The notes under the pieces were generated by a model. That model was not told the DNA's origin and searched no databases. It saw only the letters and a list, made by a program, of their open reading frames with translations. A stretch of DNA of 64,000 nucleotides. Origin: an uncultured virus (IMG/VR IMGVR_UViG_2576861513_000002). Lineage: Duplodnaviria > Heunggongvirae > Uroviricota > Caudoviricetes. Each line of letters starts with the position of its first letter. Positions within the stretch are counted from its first letter, which is position 1. The stretch is taken from IMG/VR virus record IMGVR_UViG_2576861513_000002, one strand, 5' to 3'. This document shows positions 28,782-38,989 of this stretch, one piece after another. Made by a program: the position numbers and the translations under genes.

Positions 28782-29188
28782 AGCAGCTGCCTGCCACCAG
28801 CACCGAACATCGACCACCACCAGTAGAACTCGCGCCCGTAGGCGGTGCTGTTCCAGAAACCGGCATCCGGATTGATTACTCCGGACACGTCATAGCTCAC
28901 TGAAACCTTATCCACTGATTTAGAGGACACGACACCTGCTGCGCCGTTGCTGTTCACACCACCAGCGGCAGCGGCGGCCAGCGTGCGGCCGCGCAGCTCC
29001 GTATAGTGAGCCGTGAATAGTTCGGCCAGGTAGACGAACTGATCGCCCTGTACGTCCTGATTCAGAATCGAATCGGCCTGCCCCAGATAGAAATTCACTG
29101 AGGGGTCAGGGTAGCGGGTTGTATCGGCGAACTCGGGAAAGTCGGTGCGGAACTGCTCGTTAGTCGGAAGCCTGCTGTTTTTTGGCAT
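28778..29188 (-). CDS. Head-tail connector (DUF4054-like)
   Basis: FRTDFPEF, SKSVDKVSVSY, TAYGREF. Confidence 0.85.
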   Translation of the reverse strand: MPKNSRLPTNEQFRTDFPEFADTTRYPDPSVNFYLGQADSILNQDVQGDQFVYLAELFTAHYTELRGRTLAAAAAGGVNSNGAAGVVSSKSVDKVSVSYDVSGVINPDAGFWNSTAYGREFYWWWSMFGAGGRQLL

Positions 29189-29570
29189 TTTTCGCGTCCC
29201 CGCCGGTGTTATCGGTTTTGTCCGCGCTGTCGGCAGGTTTACCGCCTGCTGGTGCCTGAGCGGCTGCCAGCTGCGCTTTCAGGTCTGTGTTTTCATTCCC
29301 CAGCGCTGTGATGGTTTTTTCATGCTCAGCCAGCTGCGCTTTCAGGGTGTTATTTTCTTCTGCCAGGAGAACAAGGCTCGCGGAAAGGTCTTCATTGCTC
29401 TGCTCGTTCGCCAGGTCGGCTTCGTCAATCGGGCGCGCATAGGCTTTAAAGGCCCAGTGGTCCTTAACTTCTTTCGGGAAAGAGGAACTGTCGTGGATGC
29501 CCTGAGACAGCTCAAATTTAGAACCGTCGGCAAAGCTGAGAGTAGCGCCACCGGAAACAACGTATTTCAT
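29160..29570 (-). CDS. Phage protein downstream of the capsid gene (coiled coil)
   Basis: ORF with GGAG RBS. Confidence 0.7.
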   Translation of the reverse strand: MKYVVSGGATLSFADGSKFELSQGIHDSSSFPKEVKDHWAFKAYARPIDEADLANEQSNEDLSASLVLLAEENNTLKAQLAEHEKTITALGNENTDLKAQLAAAQAPAGGKPADSADKTDNTGGDAKNAKKQQASD

Positions 29571-29615
29571 GTTTTTGCTCCATAAAAAAAGGCGGGTTTC
29601 CCCGCCTGTTTCAGG

Positions 29616-30563
29616 TTAAGACGCCGGAACGTCCAGGTAAGAGATCGTATTGGAATACGGGGTTTCCACCTGGCCCAGCTTGCCGTAGTAAGTGGTCAAC
29701 TGCTGCAGGCCGCGATATTCCAGCGGCGTGTTCAGCAGAGGGACCATTGGGAAGCGAACGTATTTTTCGTCCTGGGTGTAAGCAACGATACGATGCGCGC
29801 CACCAGCGCCACGCTTGGAGGCCCACTTCATGGAGACGATCTCCAGTGGTGTGCCGTTTTCCTGAAACGCGATGGTGTTAATCTTCACGTATTCGAGCAC
29901 GGAGATATTCCCTGCAGAGGAAACCTTTTTGCTCGCCAGCAGGCCGAACAGTTCCGGAGCCAGGCCGATTTTCGCCGGGCAAACTGCATAACCAGAACGA
30001 ACCCAGCCATCAGACAGCACCAGGTTGATATCCTGGACAATCACATCCGGATCGGTGGTTGCGGTCCACGCTGCAGCTGCAGCAACAGGAGTAACATCCG
30101 GCAGGTTTAGAAGGCCAGCAACGCCGAGTTCGCTATCACCAATATAAACCTGTTCATCGGTGTCCATGTTCCATTTCAGCTTCATGCCTTCGTATTTCTG
30201 GACATCAACCGGTCGGCCCAGCTTCTGGGCAGAAATAAGCTCCGGTACCGTCCAGCTGATTTCCTGGCCCCACAGGGTGAGGTTATTACGGGTAGGCTGA
30301 ATATCGATCTCGATACCAGGAATGGCTGTGGCTTTTTTACCGATCCAGTTTTTACCGTTAGGGTTTGGACCACCTACACCGACGAAACTGGTATTAGTGA
30401 AGGATGACACTTCATCGGCGATAGAAATGTCGCTGCGCAGCGGCATGTCGCGTGACCATTTGTAGGACACCAAAGGCATGTTTAGTGCCTGATCCATACG
30501 CTCCAGCTCGCCGATGAGAAACGCGCCGGTGGAGTCGATGGTCGCTCTGTCAAATGTAAACAT
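29616..30563 (-). CDS. Major capsid protein (DUF2184-like)
   Basis: GAFLIGELERMD; size and position. Confidence 0.9.
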   Translation of the reverse strand: MFTFDRATIDSTGAFLIGELERMDQALNMPLVSYKWSRDMPLRSDISIADEVSSFTNTSFVGVGGPNPNGKNWIGKKATAIPGIEIDIQPTRNNLTLWGQEISWTVPELISAQKLGRPVDVQKYEGMKLKWNMDTDEQVYIGDSELGVAGLLNLPDVTPVAAAAAWTATTDPDVIVQDINLVLSDGWVRSGYAVCPAKIGLAPELFGLLASKKVSSAGNISVLEYVKINTIAFQENGTPLEIVSMKWASKRGAGGAHRIVAYTQDEKYVRFPMVPLLNTPLEYRGLQQLTTYYGKLGQVETPYSNTISYLDVPAS

Positions 30564-30574
30564 TACTTATTCCC

Positions 30575-31078
30575 TCAGATGTTATAAGCGATTTCAATAC
30601 GGCCATCGGCTTCACCCGGCCCCATGACCTCTGCATTTGGCAGCTGAGGTGTATTTGATGCGGTAGAGTCCGGCGACAGCACAAAGGAGCCAACCGGGCT
30701 TTGAGTGGTACCACCAGCCACGCGAACGTAAACCGGATCGCCTTTTTTCGCGGTCGCCGCGTTGCCTGCGGTAGCAGTTACGCAGATGTAACCGCGTTTA
30801 AGGTTGTCACCAACCTGATTAGCCGTCACACCGATGTAAGCAAGGTCCAGAGCAGAGGTAATCGGGAACGGACGAACCAGAATCCCTTTCACTTTGTTGA
30901 TGGTGTCGCCGGACTCCAGCGGAACGAATTTATCGTTCACGTATTTACCCGGCAGCCCGTAGGAGGCGAATTGCTTCGAGTGGTCCAGGTTGACCGGCTC
31001 AATGGTGAGATCACGAGGACGGGTAACGCCCCCGGCAATGCCCAGGGGCATGCGCGTTAAATATGCAGTACCTGCCAT
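30575..31078 (-). CDS. Capsid decoration/cement protein
   Basis: Lies between protease and capsid; AYLTRMPLGIAG. Confidence 0.8.
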   Translation of the reverse strand: MAGTAYLTRMPLGIAGGVTRPRDLTIEPVNLDHSKQFASYGLPGKYVNDKFVPLESGDTINKVKGILVRPFPITSALDLAYIGVTANQVGDNLKRGYICVTATAGNAATAKKGDPVYVRVAGGTTQSPVGSFVLSPDSTASNTPQLPNAEVMGPGEADGRIEIAYNI

Positions 31079-31089
31079 GATGATTTACC

Positions 31090-32364
31090 TTATTTGTTTT
31101 TTGCCCAGAATTCGGCATTGACTTTGTTCAGTTCTGCCGGGGAAAGGTGTTTAGTGCTGATTCCGCTGTCCGTGGTGCGGGTGATGTTATTCAGCGGGAC
31201 CAGCTGATTTTTCGCCTTATGCAGCGCCACAGCGGCAGTAAACACCGCGTCGACCGTTGCCTTAGGCGCTTTGTAGAAATCATCCACACCGAACGATTTC
31301 AGGCTGTCACCGGTGCGCATTGCGTGATTCAGCACCTGACGTTTCAGGCTCTTATCGCCAGCAGGCTGGAAGCCAGGGCAAATAATTTCCGCGTCGGCGA
31401 TCAGGTTGCGCTTAAAGGCTGCGTCGCCCGTCACTTTCCGGTTTTCTTCTTCGTCTTCGTCGGTGGTCATGTTGCCGGGGTCCGGATCGTTATCGGTGGT
31501 TTTACCCTCCAGCTTTTCCAGACGAGCCAGCAACGCTTTCGCCCAGGCTGGAATTTCTTCATCACCCGTGCCGGTTTTGTCTTTGTTCGGATCGCCTTCG
31601 TCCGTGGTGGTGGTGCGATTGCCTTCAGGCAACGCGGTGGCCTGTGAAGGAATGTTGATGGTGATAGAGGAACCGGGGATTGAAGGCATGCCATCAGACG
31701 GCATATCCGGCGCTTCGTCGATGAGTTTTGCCAGTGCATCCTCATCTTTCGTTTTAATGGCCTGAGCCAGTTTTTTAAGCCATGACATTACAGGCTTCTC
31801 CTTTGTTGTTGATGGGATGGAATCCCCGATTGCACAGCGGCCACCAGCACGCCCCCGGTCGATGCCGACAGCGAGGTGGTTACCTGTGATTTGGTATTGC
31901 TTGCCCTTACCGGGGGCCAGCTGCTTGTACTGCGCGTCATAGCCACAGCTGACATCGGTCAGGCCAGAATTCACCGCGTCGATTGCTTCCTGCCGTTTAA
32001 TCAGTACGTCAGCAATGAGCAGATCCGATTTATCGCCGGTGCCGCGCCGGACGTTCTGAATGTGTCCGTGTGCCAGCTCTGCGAAGTTAGAGGGGTTTAC
32101 GAAAACGATGTTGCCCAGACTGTCCTCTGGATGCCCCAGCGTGACGGCTACGCCCTCAAAGCTCGCCATCGTCTCCGGGGAAAACACCTCGTCTTCCGTT
32201 CGCCAGACCGTCACCGTGCCGGTGCCGTCCGGTTCGAGGTCGATTTCCTCAGGTAAATAGACCTGCGTCCCTGTGCGTGCGATCGGCACGTCTTTACACA
32301 GCAGAGAGCCGTCCGCCTGCAGATAGCGCGTTTCTCCCAGGCGTGTAGTGAAGAAATATTTCAT
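31090..32364 (-). CDS. Prohead protease/scaffold (DUF2213-like)
   Basis: IARTGTQVY, VTLGHP, SCGYDA, NHLAV..GRAG. Confidence 0.88.
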   Translation of the reverse strand: MKYFFTTRLGETRYLQADGSLLCKDVPIARTGTQVYLPEEIDLEPDGTGTVTVWRTEDEVFSPETMASFEGVAVTLGHPEDSLGNIVFVNPSNFAELAHGHIQNVRRGTGDKSDLLIADVLIKRQEAIDAVNSGLTDVSCGYDAQYKQLAPGKGKQYQITGNHLAVGIDRGRAGGRCAIGDSIPSTTKEKPVMSWLKKLAQAIKTKDEDALAKLIDEAPDMPSDGMPSIPGSSITINIPSQATALPEGNRTTTTDEGDPNKDKTGTGDEEIPAWAKALLARLEKLEGKTTDNDPDPGNMTTDEDEEENRKVTGDAAFKRNLIADAEIICPGFQPAGDKSLKRQVLNHAMRTGDSLKSFGVDDFYKAPKATVDAVFTAAVALHKAKNQLVPLNNITRTTDSGISTKHLSPAELNKVNAEFWAKNK

Positions 32365-32448
32365 GGGTTACCTGCTCGATTACGGGCAACAAAAAGGCCG
32401 CCCGGAGGCGACCTTGTGAGATGGGAAAAATGTTCGAAATAACGGGCT

Positions 32449-32476
32449 ATTTAACATAAGGGTTCTTACCCGCACC
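32449..32476 (-). promoter_or_regulatory. dif/psi-like XerCD site
   Basis: GGTGCGGGTAA-GAACCC-TTATGTTAAAT (perfect XerD arm, 6-bp spacer). Confidence 0.8.
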
Positions 32477-32625
32477 GACGAAAATGGACTGGATTAAAAT
32501 GTCCCCTTAAAGCCGTAAAAGTAGCGATTAACTGGGCTGAAAATCGGCCTTTTCGAATACAACATTTTCATAACATTTCGCAGGTATTGCAGTTCGCATG
32601 AAATGAATGCTCAAAGCCGTATTTT

Positions 32626-33354
32626 TCATTTTCTCGGTGCTGGAATCTGTACTTCAGGCCAGCATTTGCAGTTCGGCAAACATCCGGCGTGTCCGGTCAT
32701 ACCGTCCAGCGTCGGCGGGTTATCCCAGCGCACAAATTTATCTTTCATCTTGCGGTGAGAATCCCGCGTTCCGGCCCCCTCAATACGCCACCAGTAGCCC
32801 TCTGAGCCAACCGAAAGGGCTCTGGCCTGCGTCAGCGCGCCGGTAGCACGTCCAATCTCTGTACGGGCAATCAGCTGCGCCCTGCTGGCGGCCACGTCAC
32901 CGGAGGCCATGATCATCTCGTAGAGCTCGTCCGGACGTTCGCCACTGATAACCGCCTGCATTGCGCGCTGTTGTATGTCCATCACGCGATCGGCGGCTTC
33001 CAGCGGCAGGGACTTCATCAGCTGAATCTGGCGGTATACGATATCCTGCGCCACCTGCCCGACAGGGGTATTACCCACCACATCGCGCAGGCCAGCGCCA
33101 ATTTCCTCTGATACCGATTTCCACAGGTTCCATTCCTCCTGCTCGACCTGGGCAAACATCCTTCGCCCGACCTGCTCTGCCCAGTCGCTGATTACCTCGG
33201 AATAGTCCACCAGCGTTTTCGAAATGCTGTCAGCGCTGGCCTGTGAACCATCGTAGGTACCATCGACGATCTGCCCTATCTGGTTTGCTATCGCCAACAT
33301 GCTTTTTCGATACTGGATCTCCGAACGGCGGCGGAGGGATGGTTTCAGGTTCAT
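32626..33354 (-). CDS. Minor head morphogenesis protein (Mu F / SPP1 gp7-like)
   Basis: RAQLIARTE, TRDSH, PNCKC. Confidence 0.9.
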   Translation of the reverse strand: MNLKPSLRRRSEIQYRKSMLAIANQIGQIVDGTYDGSQASADSISKTLVDYSEVISDWAEQVGRRMFAQVEQEEWNLWKSVSEEIGAGLRDVVGNTPVGQVAQDIVYRQIQLMKSLPLEAADRVMDIQQRAMQAVISGERPDELYEMIMASGDVAASRAQLIARTEIGRATGALTQARALSVGSEGYWWRIEGAGTRDSHRKMKDKFVRWDNPPTLDGMTGHAGCLPNCKCWPEVQIPAPRK

Positions 33355-34699
33355 CCTCCTCCCACTGGGCCTTCGCATCTTCTATGTCCTCGTCAGTGAT
33401 AGAACCACCGATCCCAATCACATCAGAAATGTTCCTGAGGTCGTTAAGCGCGGCTGCCGGAGGCATTCCGAGGTCACGAACGGCGGTACCGAGTGCAGTA
33501 ACCACATTGTTCGCCATCGTTGCACGGTCCACGTCTGACATCTCCCAGAGCTTGTTAAACTCGAAAGTAAAATCGTCAGGCAGTGGCTCACCGAACAGAG
33601 AACGCCAGGAGATATCGAGCAGCCAGCGGATATGGCGGCGTAAGCGTCTCTCCTGCAGCGAGTTAACCCGGCTGTAGTAGTTTTCCAGATCGCCGTCGCC
33701 GGTATTGAAACCTGCAGGGGACTGCCCGAACAGACGGACAAGAGGAATTCCCGTCGCGCCAGAAACCTGCTCAGCGAAGCGCAGGAGGACATCCGCGATA
33801 CCGGCGAACGTATAGCTGTGAGTCTCGAATTTATCCCTTGAGTCCATCATGGTCATGCCTTCGATGGTCTGAAACTCACGAATCATGTCCATGTGCTTCA
33901 TCAGCGACTTTTCCAGATCACCGCCTTTGGCAAGGATGTCACGAAGCTTTTCAATGCTGTAGGTTCGCAGATGTGCTTTGTGGATCAGCTGTGTGGTGCC
34001 GACCGTTGCAGTATCGAACGCCTCGATACGCTCGAAAATACGCTCCACAACAGACATCCCCCAGCCGTTTTCCGTCTGGGCCTGCTGGAAAGGTAGCGTA
34101 TCACCCTCCATGCGGATAACGCGGCTATGGTGGATCTTCCAGGGGGGGATCCCCTGCTGGTTCGTGATTACCTTGTAATATTTCGGTTTCCCAAAATCGG
34201 GACCGTAATCAGTAACGAGATCGTAATAACTCGGGTTAACCATCCAGCGGTCAAGGCTCATCACGCCCTTAAACTGCCCCTCTTTAATACGATCCAGTTT
34301 CAGTGGGGAGGACATATCCTGCCCTTCAAGCAGGACCACCAGCACCGCGCCACCATACAGTCGGGACCATTTGAGGTTATCGTTAAGCCCATCCCATATA
34401 GCGAGCTCATCCCAGAAGGTTTCGAGCTTGCCTTTTTGGCCGGGTTTCAGCTTTGAGCTGATGTTAATGCCCTTGCGGGTCATATCATCGGCCATCGCAT
34501 CCACACCGGCCCCCACGAGGAACGATGAACGATACGCAAACTCCAGCATCACCCTGTTACGGCTGATGTACCCCGGCATGTACATTCCGCCCGTCTGGAT
34601 GTTTCTGGTGTCGCTGCCAAGTTTGGCCGTGAAATTGTTGTACCCGTCAGATGTCCTAACGGGCTGCTGTGCGCCGTTCTGGCGTTTCTTTCGGGACAT
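33230..34699 (-). CDS. Portal protein (DUF1073-like)
   Basis: WSRLYGG, IHHSRV, IPLVRLFGQSPAG. Confidence 0.9.
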   Translation of the reverse strand: MSRKKRQNGAQQPVRTSDGYNNFTAKLGSDTRNIQTGGMYMPGYISRNRVMLEFAYRSSFLVGAGVDAMADDMTRKGINISSKLKPGQKGKLETFWDELAIWDGLNDNLKWSRLYGGAVLVVLLEGQDMSSPLKLDRIKEGQFKGVMSLDRWMVNPSYYDLVTDYGPDFGKPKYYKVITNQQGIPPWKIHHSRVIRMEGDTLPFQQAQTENGWGMSVVERIFERIEAFDTATVGTTQLIHKAHLRTYSIEKLRDILAKGGDLEKSLMKHMDMIREFQTIEGMTMMDSRDKFETHSYTFAGIADVLLRFAEQVSGATGIPLVRLFGQSPAGFNTGDGDLENYYSRVNSLQERRLRRHIRWLLDISWRSLFGEPLPDDFTFEFNKLWEMSDVDRATMANNVVTALGTAVRDLGMPPAAALNDLRNISDVIGIGGSITDEDIEDAKAQWEEDEPETIPPPPFGDPVSKKHVGDSKPDRADRRWYLRWFTGQR

Positions 34700-34700
34700 G

Positions 34701-36317
34701 TCACGCTCCGGCCAGTTTGGCCCAAGTATCAAGAGAGGAATCCATCGGCGCGTAATTAATCATTACGGCGTCTGCAAGGTTCGGCGATTTTGTGCCTTCC
34801 GGCTGTTTATCCACGAGGATTTTACCGACGGCGTTTTTCGACCATGTAGGCTGTGAAAGCTCCATCAGCAGGCGGTCAATATTTTCTATCTCGCTGCTTA
34901 TCGAAATGATTTCGTCGGGGTTGTAGTCCATCCCGTTCAGCGCGCGGAAGGTGTTACGAAACAGCTTGCGAAGATGCCACCAGCTCTGTGCTTTCGCGTT
35001 CGCGAAGAAGTCTTTATTCAGGCGCGCCGCTTTACCGTTATCACCAGGAACGGCTTCATCTTCCGGATCGAATACGCTACCGCTACCACGGAAAGGTGTA
35101 GCTGTGATTGTTCCCCGGCCTTCAGCCTGCCTGAGCTCGTTTATCACGCGAGCATCGCCACGCGCACCAGCACCCAGACCGTCCTCATCGAAACGGAACT
35201 CATCCAGACCGTAATCGTCACAATACCCAAACGATTTAACGACAGAAGCGTAGATGTCGCTCCCAATGCCAGACCATTCGTGAACGTTCTGCAGAAGGAA
35301 GCCATAGCGGCAAGAAAAGCCGTTTTTGTCTTTCCCTTCGTCCGCGATATCCATTGCGCCGAGGCGCTGGCCGCTGGGCTGAATACCCAGTTTGATATGC
35401 GCGTCGACGGCAGCCTGCACCCATTCAGAAGGAATGAGAATCCCCTCTGTTGATGCGCTGTAGTTCAGGTCCAGTTCCTGAGCAACGATAATCGGATCAT
35501 CAATTTTCAGACATTCGTTGCGGTACCACTCGTCATCCTTGCGCGGGTCGCTGCGCCAGTGGAACGTAAACACCGGGATGTTTCCGCTGTGGCGCTTTTT
35601 AGCAAACGGGTTATTCATGCCGTTGACCGAAGAGAGGTCTATACGGCAGCGGGTGGTCTGTGATAGCGCAGCATCGATGAGATATGGCCGTTTGAGGAAT
35701 GCCGACTCATCCACAAAATAAAGCGTGGTACGGTCACCACGGCCAATGTTATCGCCAGCCTCTCCCTTGATGATCGCCCCTGATTCTGGAAATTCCACCT
35801 CCATGAATCTGGAGTGTTTTTTTTCATTCCAGCCACCGCGAAACTCTACCGGGAGCAGTTCGATAAATTTTCTTGCTTTCCAGAAAAGTGATTTTGGGTC
35901 GCTCGTTGAATCGACGTACATCTCTTTACGGCTACCAAAACCAATCACCATATCTTTGTTAAACAGACACAGGGAACAGGCAAGGCCGACAGAAGTCCAG
36001 CTCAGCCCCATTTCACGGCTTTTCTCTGTGAGCCCATTTTCACGATTTCCGCGCCTGTCCATGATCCAGTGAATCCATTCCTCCTGGCGTGGGAACAGCA
36101 AAAACGGGATGGTGGCAGGCAGGCCATAATCGAGGTTACGCGGGTCCGTCGTCATACCCCAGTCGATGATGAACTGAGCCGGGTTAGTGCGGTAAAACTC
36201 ACGGAGTGCCGGAAGCATTTCAGGCGCTTTCCTGATCCGCTCCAGCCTCTCCATTCTCCACTCAAACACGGCGGTATAGTCCGGTTTGCGGAAGTCAAAG
36301 GGGAACGGGATCGGCAC
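34701..36317 (-). CDS. terL: Terminase large subunit
   Basis: KSREMGLSW Walker A-like, [20 protein letters not shown]; probable GTG start. Confidence 0.92.
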   Translation of the reverse strand: MPIPFPFDFRKPDYTAVFEWRMERLERIRKAPEMLPALREFYRTNPAQFIIDWGMTTDPRNLDYGLPATIPFLLFPRQEEWIHWIMDRRGNRENGLTEKSREMGLSWTSVGLACSLCLFNKDMVIGFGSRKEMYVDSTSDPKSLFWKARKFIELLPVEFRGGWNEKKHSRFMEVEFPESGAIIKGEAGDNIGRGDRTTLYFVDESAFLKRPYLIDAALSQTTRCRIDLSSVNGMNNPFAKKRHSGNIPVFTFHWRSDPRKDDEWYRNECLKIDDPIIVAQELDLNYSASTEGILIPSEWVQAAVDAHIKLGIQPSGQRLGAMDIADEGKDKNGFSCRYGFLLQNVHEWSGIGSDIYASVVKSFGYCDDYGLDEFRFDEDGLGAGARGDARVINELRQAEGRGTITATPFRGSGSVFDPEDEAVPGDNGKAARLNKDFFANAKAQSWWHLRKLFRNTFRALNGMDYNPDEIISISSEIENIDRLLMELSQPTWSKNAVGKILVDKQPEGTKSPNLADAVMINYAPMDSSLDTWAKLAGA

Positions 36318-36342
36318 AGAAAAATTCCTCAAAAACGCCCCG

Positions 36343-36370
36343 ATTTAACATAATGGTCGTTACCCGCACT
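36343..36370 (-). promoter_or_regulatory. dif/psi-like XerCD site
   Basis: AGTGCGGGTAA-CGACCA-TTATGTTAAAT. Confidence 0.8.
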
Positions 36371-36515
36371 GGCGCAACAGCACCCATCACGCAAATGGCG
36401 TGAAGCCTCTGTTTTGAACAGAAAAGTGATCAAATCGGGATGAATAAAACGTGCATAAAACGGGTCAAAAAGTGCATAGCGTTTTTACGGTTCGAAACGC
36501 CTGTTTTTGCAATTT

Positions 36516-37118
36516 TCAGCCCAGGTATTTTTTGTAGATATCGGCTGCTTCCTGCGGGGTCAGGTTCGCCGCGTCGGCTTTGGCTGCCTCGTCCATATTG
36601 TTGAACGGTTCGAAAATTTTCGGTGCCCCCAACTCCATAAGCAGGGTTGCCGGAACTTTCACTCCCTCAGCCTCAAGCAGCTGCGCCGCCTCCAGCGCGG
36701 AGTATTTCCCGGCTACCTTATGTTTCATCACCTCGCGAAGCACATCACGCTGACGTTCTTCCTCGCTATAGACGCTGGTACCAAGACCGAGCACCTTTGA
36801 GAAAACAGCAATATCGTTGTGCGTGGGCAGCACATCTTCAATCGTGGTTTTCACACCATCCGGCGATGTGGTGACAACCTTCCGTTTACGAACGTCCAGG
36901 CTCTTACCGGCGACGCGGTTTATTTTTTCTCTGAGAGCTTCGCGAGCCTCAGTGAAAGCGCGCTCAAACTCGATATTCTCTTTACGCCAGCGACGGATCG
37001 TCGTCTCGTCCACACCTAAGCGCTGAGCAACCATCCGATTGCTGATTTTGCTACGGGCTAATGCCATGTCCATAACGATACCGACGTAGGCTTTTCTGAA
37101 GCTTTTTTTAGGAGCCAT
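36516..37118 (-). CDS. terS: Terminase small subunit (HTH)
   Basis: VAQRLGVDETTIRRW HTH, C-terminal LTPQEAADIYKKYLG; upstream of terL. Confidence 0.8.
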   Translation of the reverse strand: MAPKKSFRKAYVGIVMDMALARSKISNRMVAQRLGVDETTIRRWRKENIEFERAFTEAREALREKINRVAGKSLDVRKRKVVTTSPDGVKTTIEDVLPTHNDIAVFSKVLGLGTSVYSEEERQRDVLREVMKHKVAGKYSALEAAQLLEAEGVKVPATLLMELGAPKIFEPFNNMDEAAKADAANLTPQEAADIYKKYLG

Positions 37119-37362
37119 ACTTCCGCCTAAGTCAATGTGATTATTTTTTGTTCAAAATCCAATTTCTCCGATCCGGGTGCGGCGTATCACGCGGTAAATT
37201 CTGGCGTGCAGGCCGCGTCCTCTCTGGTGCCAAGTTCGGCATATCAGAGGGGGTAAAAATGCGGCATATCCTTTTTTTCGGGAAAACTGCGATTTGATGC
37301 CCGGAGGCCGCGCAGAATGGGGAGATAGTGGATCGCCCTAATATTTCCACTATGTGGATAAC

Positions 37363-38367
37363 TCAGTCCAAATCCATCTCCACCACTTCACCGAACAGGT
37401 GACCGTAAACATCCATTGTGGTTTTGATGTTCGAATGCCCAATAAGTCGGGAAACCTTCAGGATATCGACGCCTTTGTTTGCCAGGCGAGATACAGCAAA
37501 GTGGCGAAGATGATGGAATCGCTTAATGCCATAGTCGTTCAGAGTTCTGACGAGAACGCCCTGAGTGCCGTAGCTGGTAGCGAGGCATGCGCCGGTAAAC
37601 TGGTTGCAGATAAGAGGCTCAGAGGTACCGAGTTTACTTTTATCCAGCAACGCGAAAAGCTCACGCGGCATCCGTACCCGGCGCTCCACTCCTCTTTTCA
37701 GCCCCTCATGTATAACGCCGTCAACAACATGCCCCCGGATGTCGATCCAGTCGGCTGAAACGTCGTTATACGTAACCGCCAGAGCCTCACCGATTCGCAG
37801 GCCACAAATCCCGAGCCAGCACGCGATACGCTCACGAACTGGCGCGTTATTCAGTAGCTCCCTGACCGATGATGATGGCGGTATGGTGATGGGTCGACGC
37901 TTCCGGCGCGCGGGACGGTCAACAGGGTTAAAAGTGATGAGCCGTTTTTCCACCAGCAGGAAGAAAGCCGAACGAATCCAGCGATGGCAGCCGGTGCGAA
38001 CCGAATCAACGATATCGCGATGGCTGATATGGAGAATGTTTTTTCCCAGTATCGGCCCGTCTACAGCGAGAAGATCGTGACGGCATTTCGTATATGACGA
38101 CAGCCGTATGATATTTTTTTCCAGCTTGCCGGCCTGATACCCCAGATAAAACAGAATTAACTTTCGGAAAGTCCAGGAATGGTCTATTCCGGTCCAGCTG
38201 GCGGTTCGACAATCCAGTTCGATATTCTGTTTTTGCCAGAAAAGATGTGCGGCATCATCAATATTCTTAAAAATGCGGCGGCGTCCATGACCGGATTTTT
38301 CATCCTTCCAGTGGACGTAATATTTTGATTGTCCATTGGCATCAGTGGATTCTTTTATTGAAGCCAT
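37363..38367 (-). CDS. Tyrosine recombinase between lysis and packaging genes
   Basis: GLRIGE, HHLRH, GHS...YGH. Confidence 0.9.
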   Translation of the reverse strand: MASIKESTDANGQSKYYVHWKDEKSGHGRRRIFKNIDDAAHLFWQKQNIELDCRTASWTGIDHSWTFRKLILFYLGYQAGKLEKNIIRLSSYTKCRHDLLAVDGPILGKNILHISHRDIVDSVRTGCHRWIRSAFFLLVEKRLITFNPVDRPARRKRRPITIPPSSSVRELLNNAPVRERIACWLGICGLRIGEALAVTYNDVSADWIDIRGHVVDGVIHEGLKRGVERRVRMPRELFALLDKSKLGTSEPLICNQFTGACLATSYGTQGVLVRTLNDYGIKRFHHLRHFAVSRLANKGVDILKVSRLIGHSNIKTTMDVYGHLFGEVVEMDLD

Positions 38368-38443
38368 ACTGAACAATCCTCACTCAAAAAACATTATCAA
38401 AGCCACTCAGTGAATGACTTTTGTAATGTCATGCTGGCAATAG

Positions 38444-38989
38444 TCATTGCCTGCCCTTCTCAATTTCACGTATCCCAGCCAGCTGGTTATTCGCTTTTTC
38501 GATAGCGGCCAGCAGCGGCTTGATCCAGAGAACAGCCTGGCAATACGTCAGCGTGCTGGGGGTAGTGGCGCTATCACTGGCTGCGTCAGCGTTCCCGGAA
38601 TTGGTGTGCATTGCGCTGGCACGTAAACTGTTCGCGTAGCTGAGCAGCCCACCAGCGACATCAGCAGGAACAGGCAGATCACAGGTTTTTTCACGGCGGA
38701 GGATCTCCCGGTATTCGATAACCGTATTATCGGAGCTGGCATCAATCAGTGAATTTAGTCGGCTGGCGTTTTCGGCCACCTGGTTAAACCGGTTGAAGTT
38801 GAAAGCCTGAGCAGCGATAACCGTCCCCTGCAGGGTGTTGTCACTGCGCAGAACGTCATTATCACTCTTTAGCGTAGCAACGTCAGATCGGCTGTTTGCC
38901 AACAGGACACACAGTACGGCGACTACCGCAATGACGACCACCAGCAGTATCAGACGCCATGAGGCTTTAATATCAGCAAGGGTAATCAC
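38444..38989 (-). CDS. i-spanin (Rz-like)
   Basis: N-terminal TM segment plus coiled coil; follows the endolysin. Confidence 0.85.
   Translation of the reverse strand: MITLADIKASWRLILLVVVIAVVAVLCVLLANSRSDVATLKSDNDVLRSDNTLQGTVIAAQAFNFNRFNQVAENASRLNSLIDASSDNTVIEYREILRREKTCDLPVPADVAGGLLSYANSLRASAMHTNSGNADAASDSATTPSTLTYCQAVLWIKPLLAAIEKANNQLAGIREIEKGRQ
38548..38694 (-). CDS. Embedded o-spanin (Rz1-like) lipoprotein
   Basis: VKKPVICLFLLMSLVGC lipobox, Pro-rich, nested in Rz. Confidence 0.7.
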   Translation of the reverse strand: MKKPVICLFLLMSLVGCSATRTVYVPAQCTPIPGTLTQPVIAPLPPAR

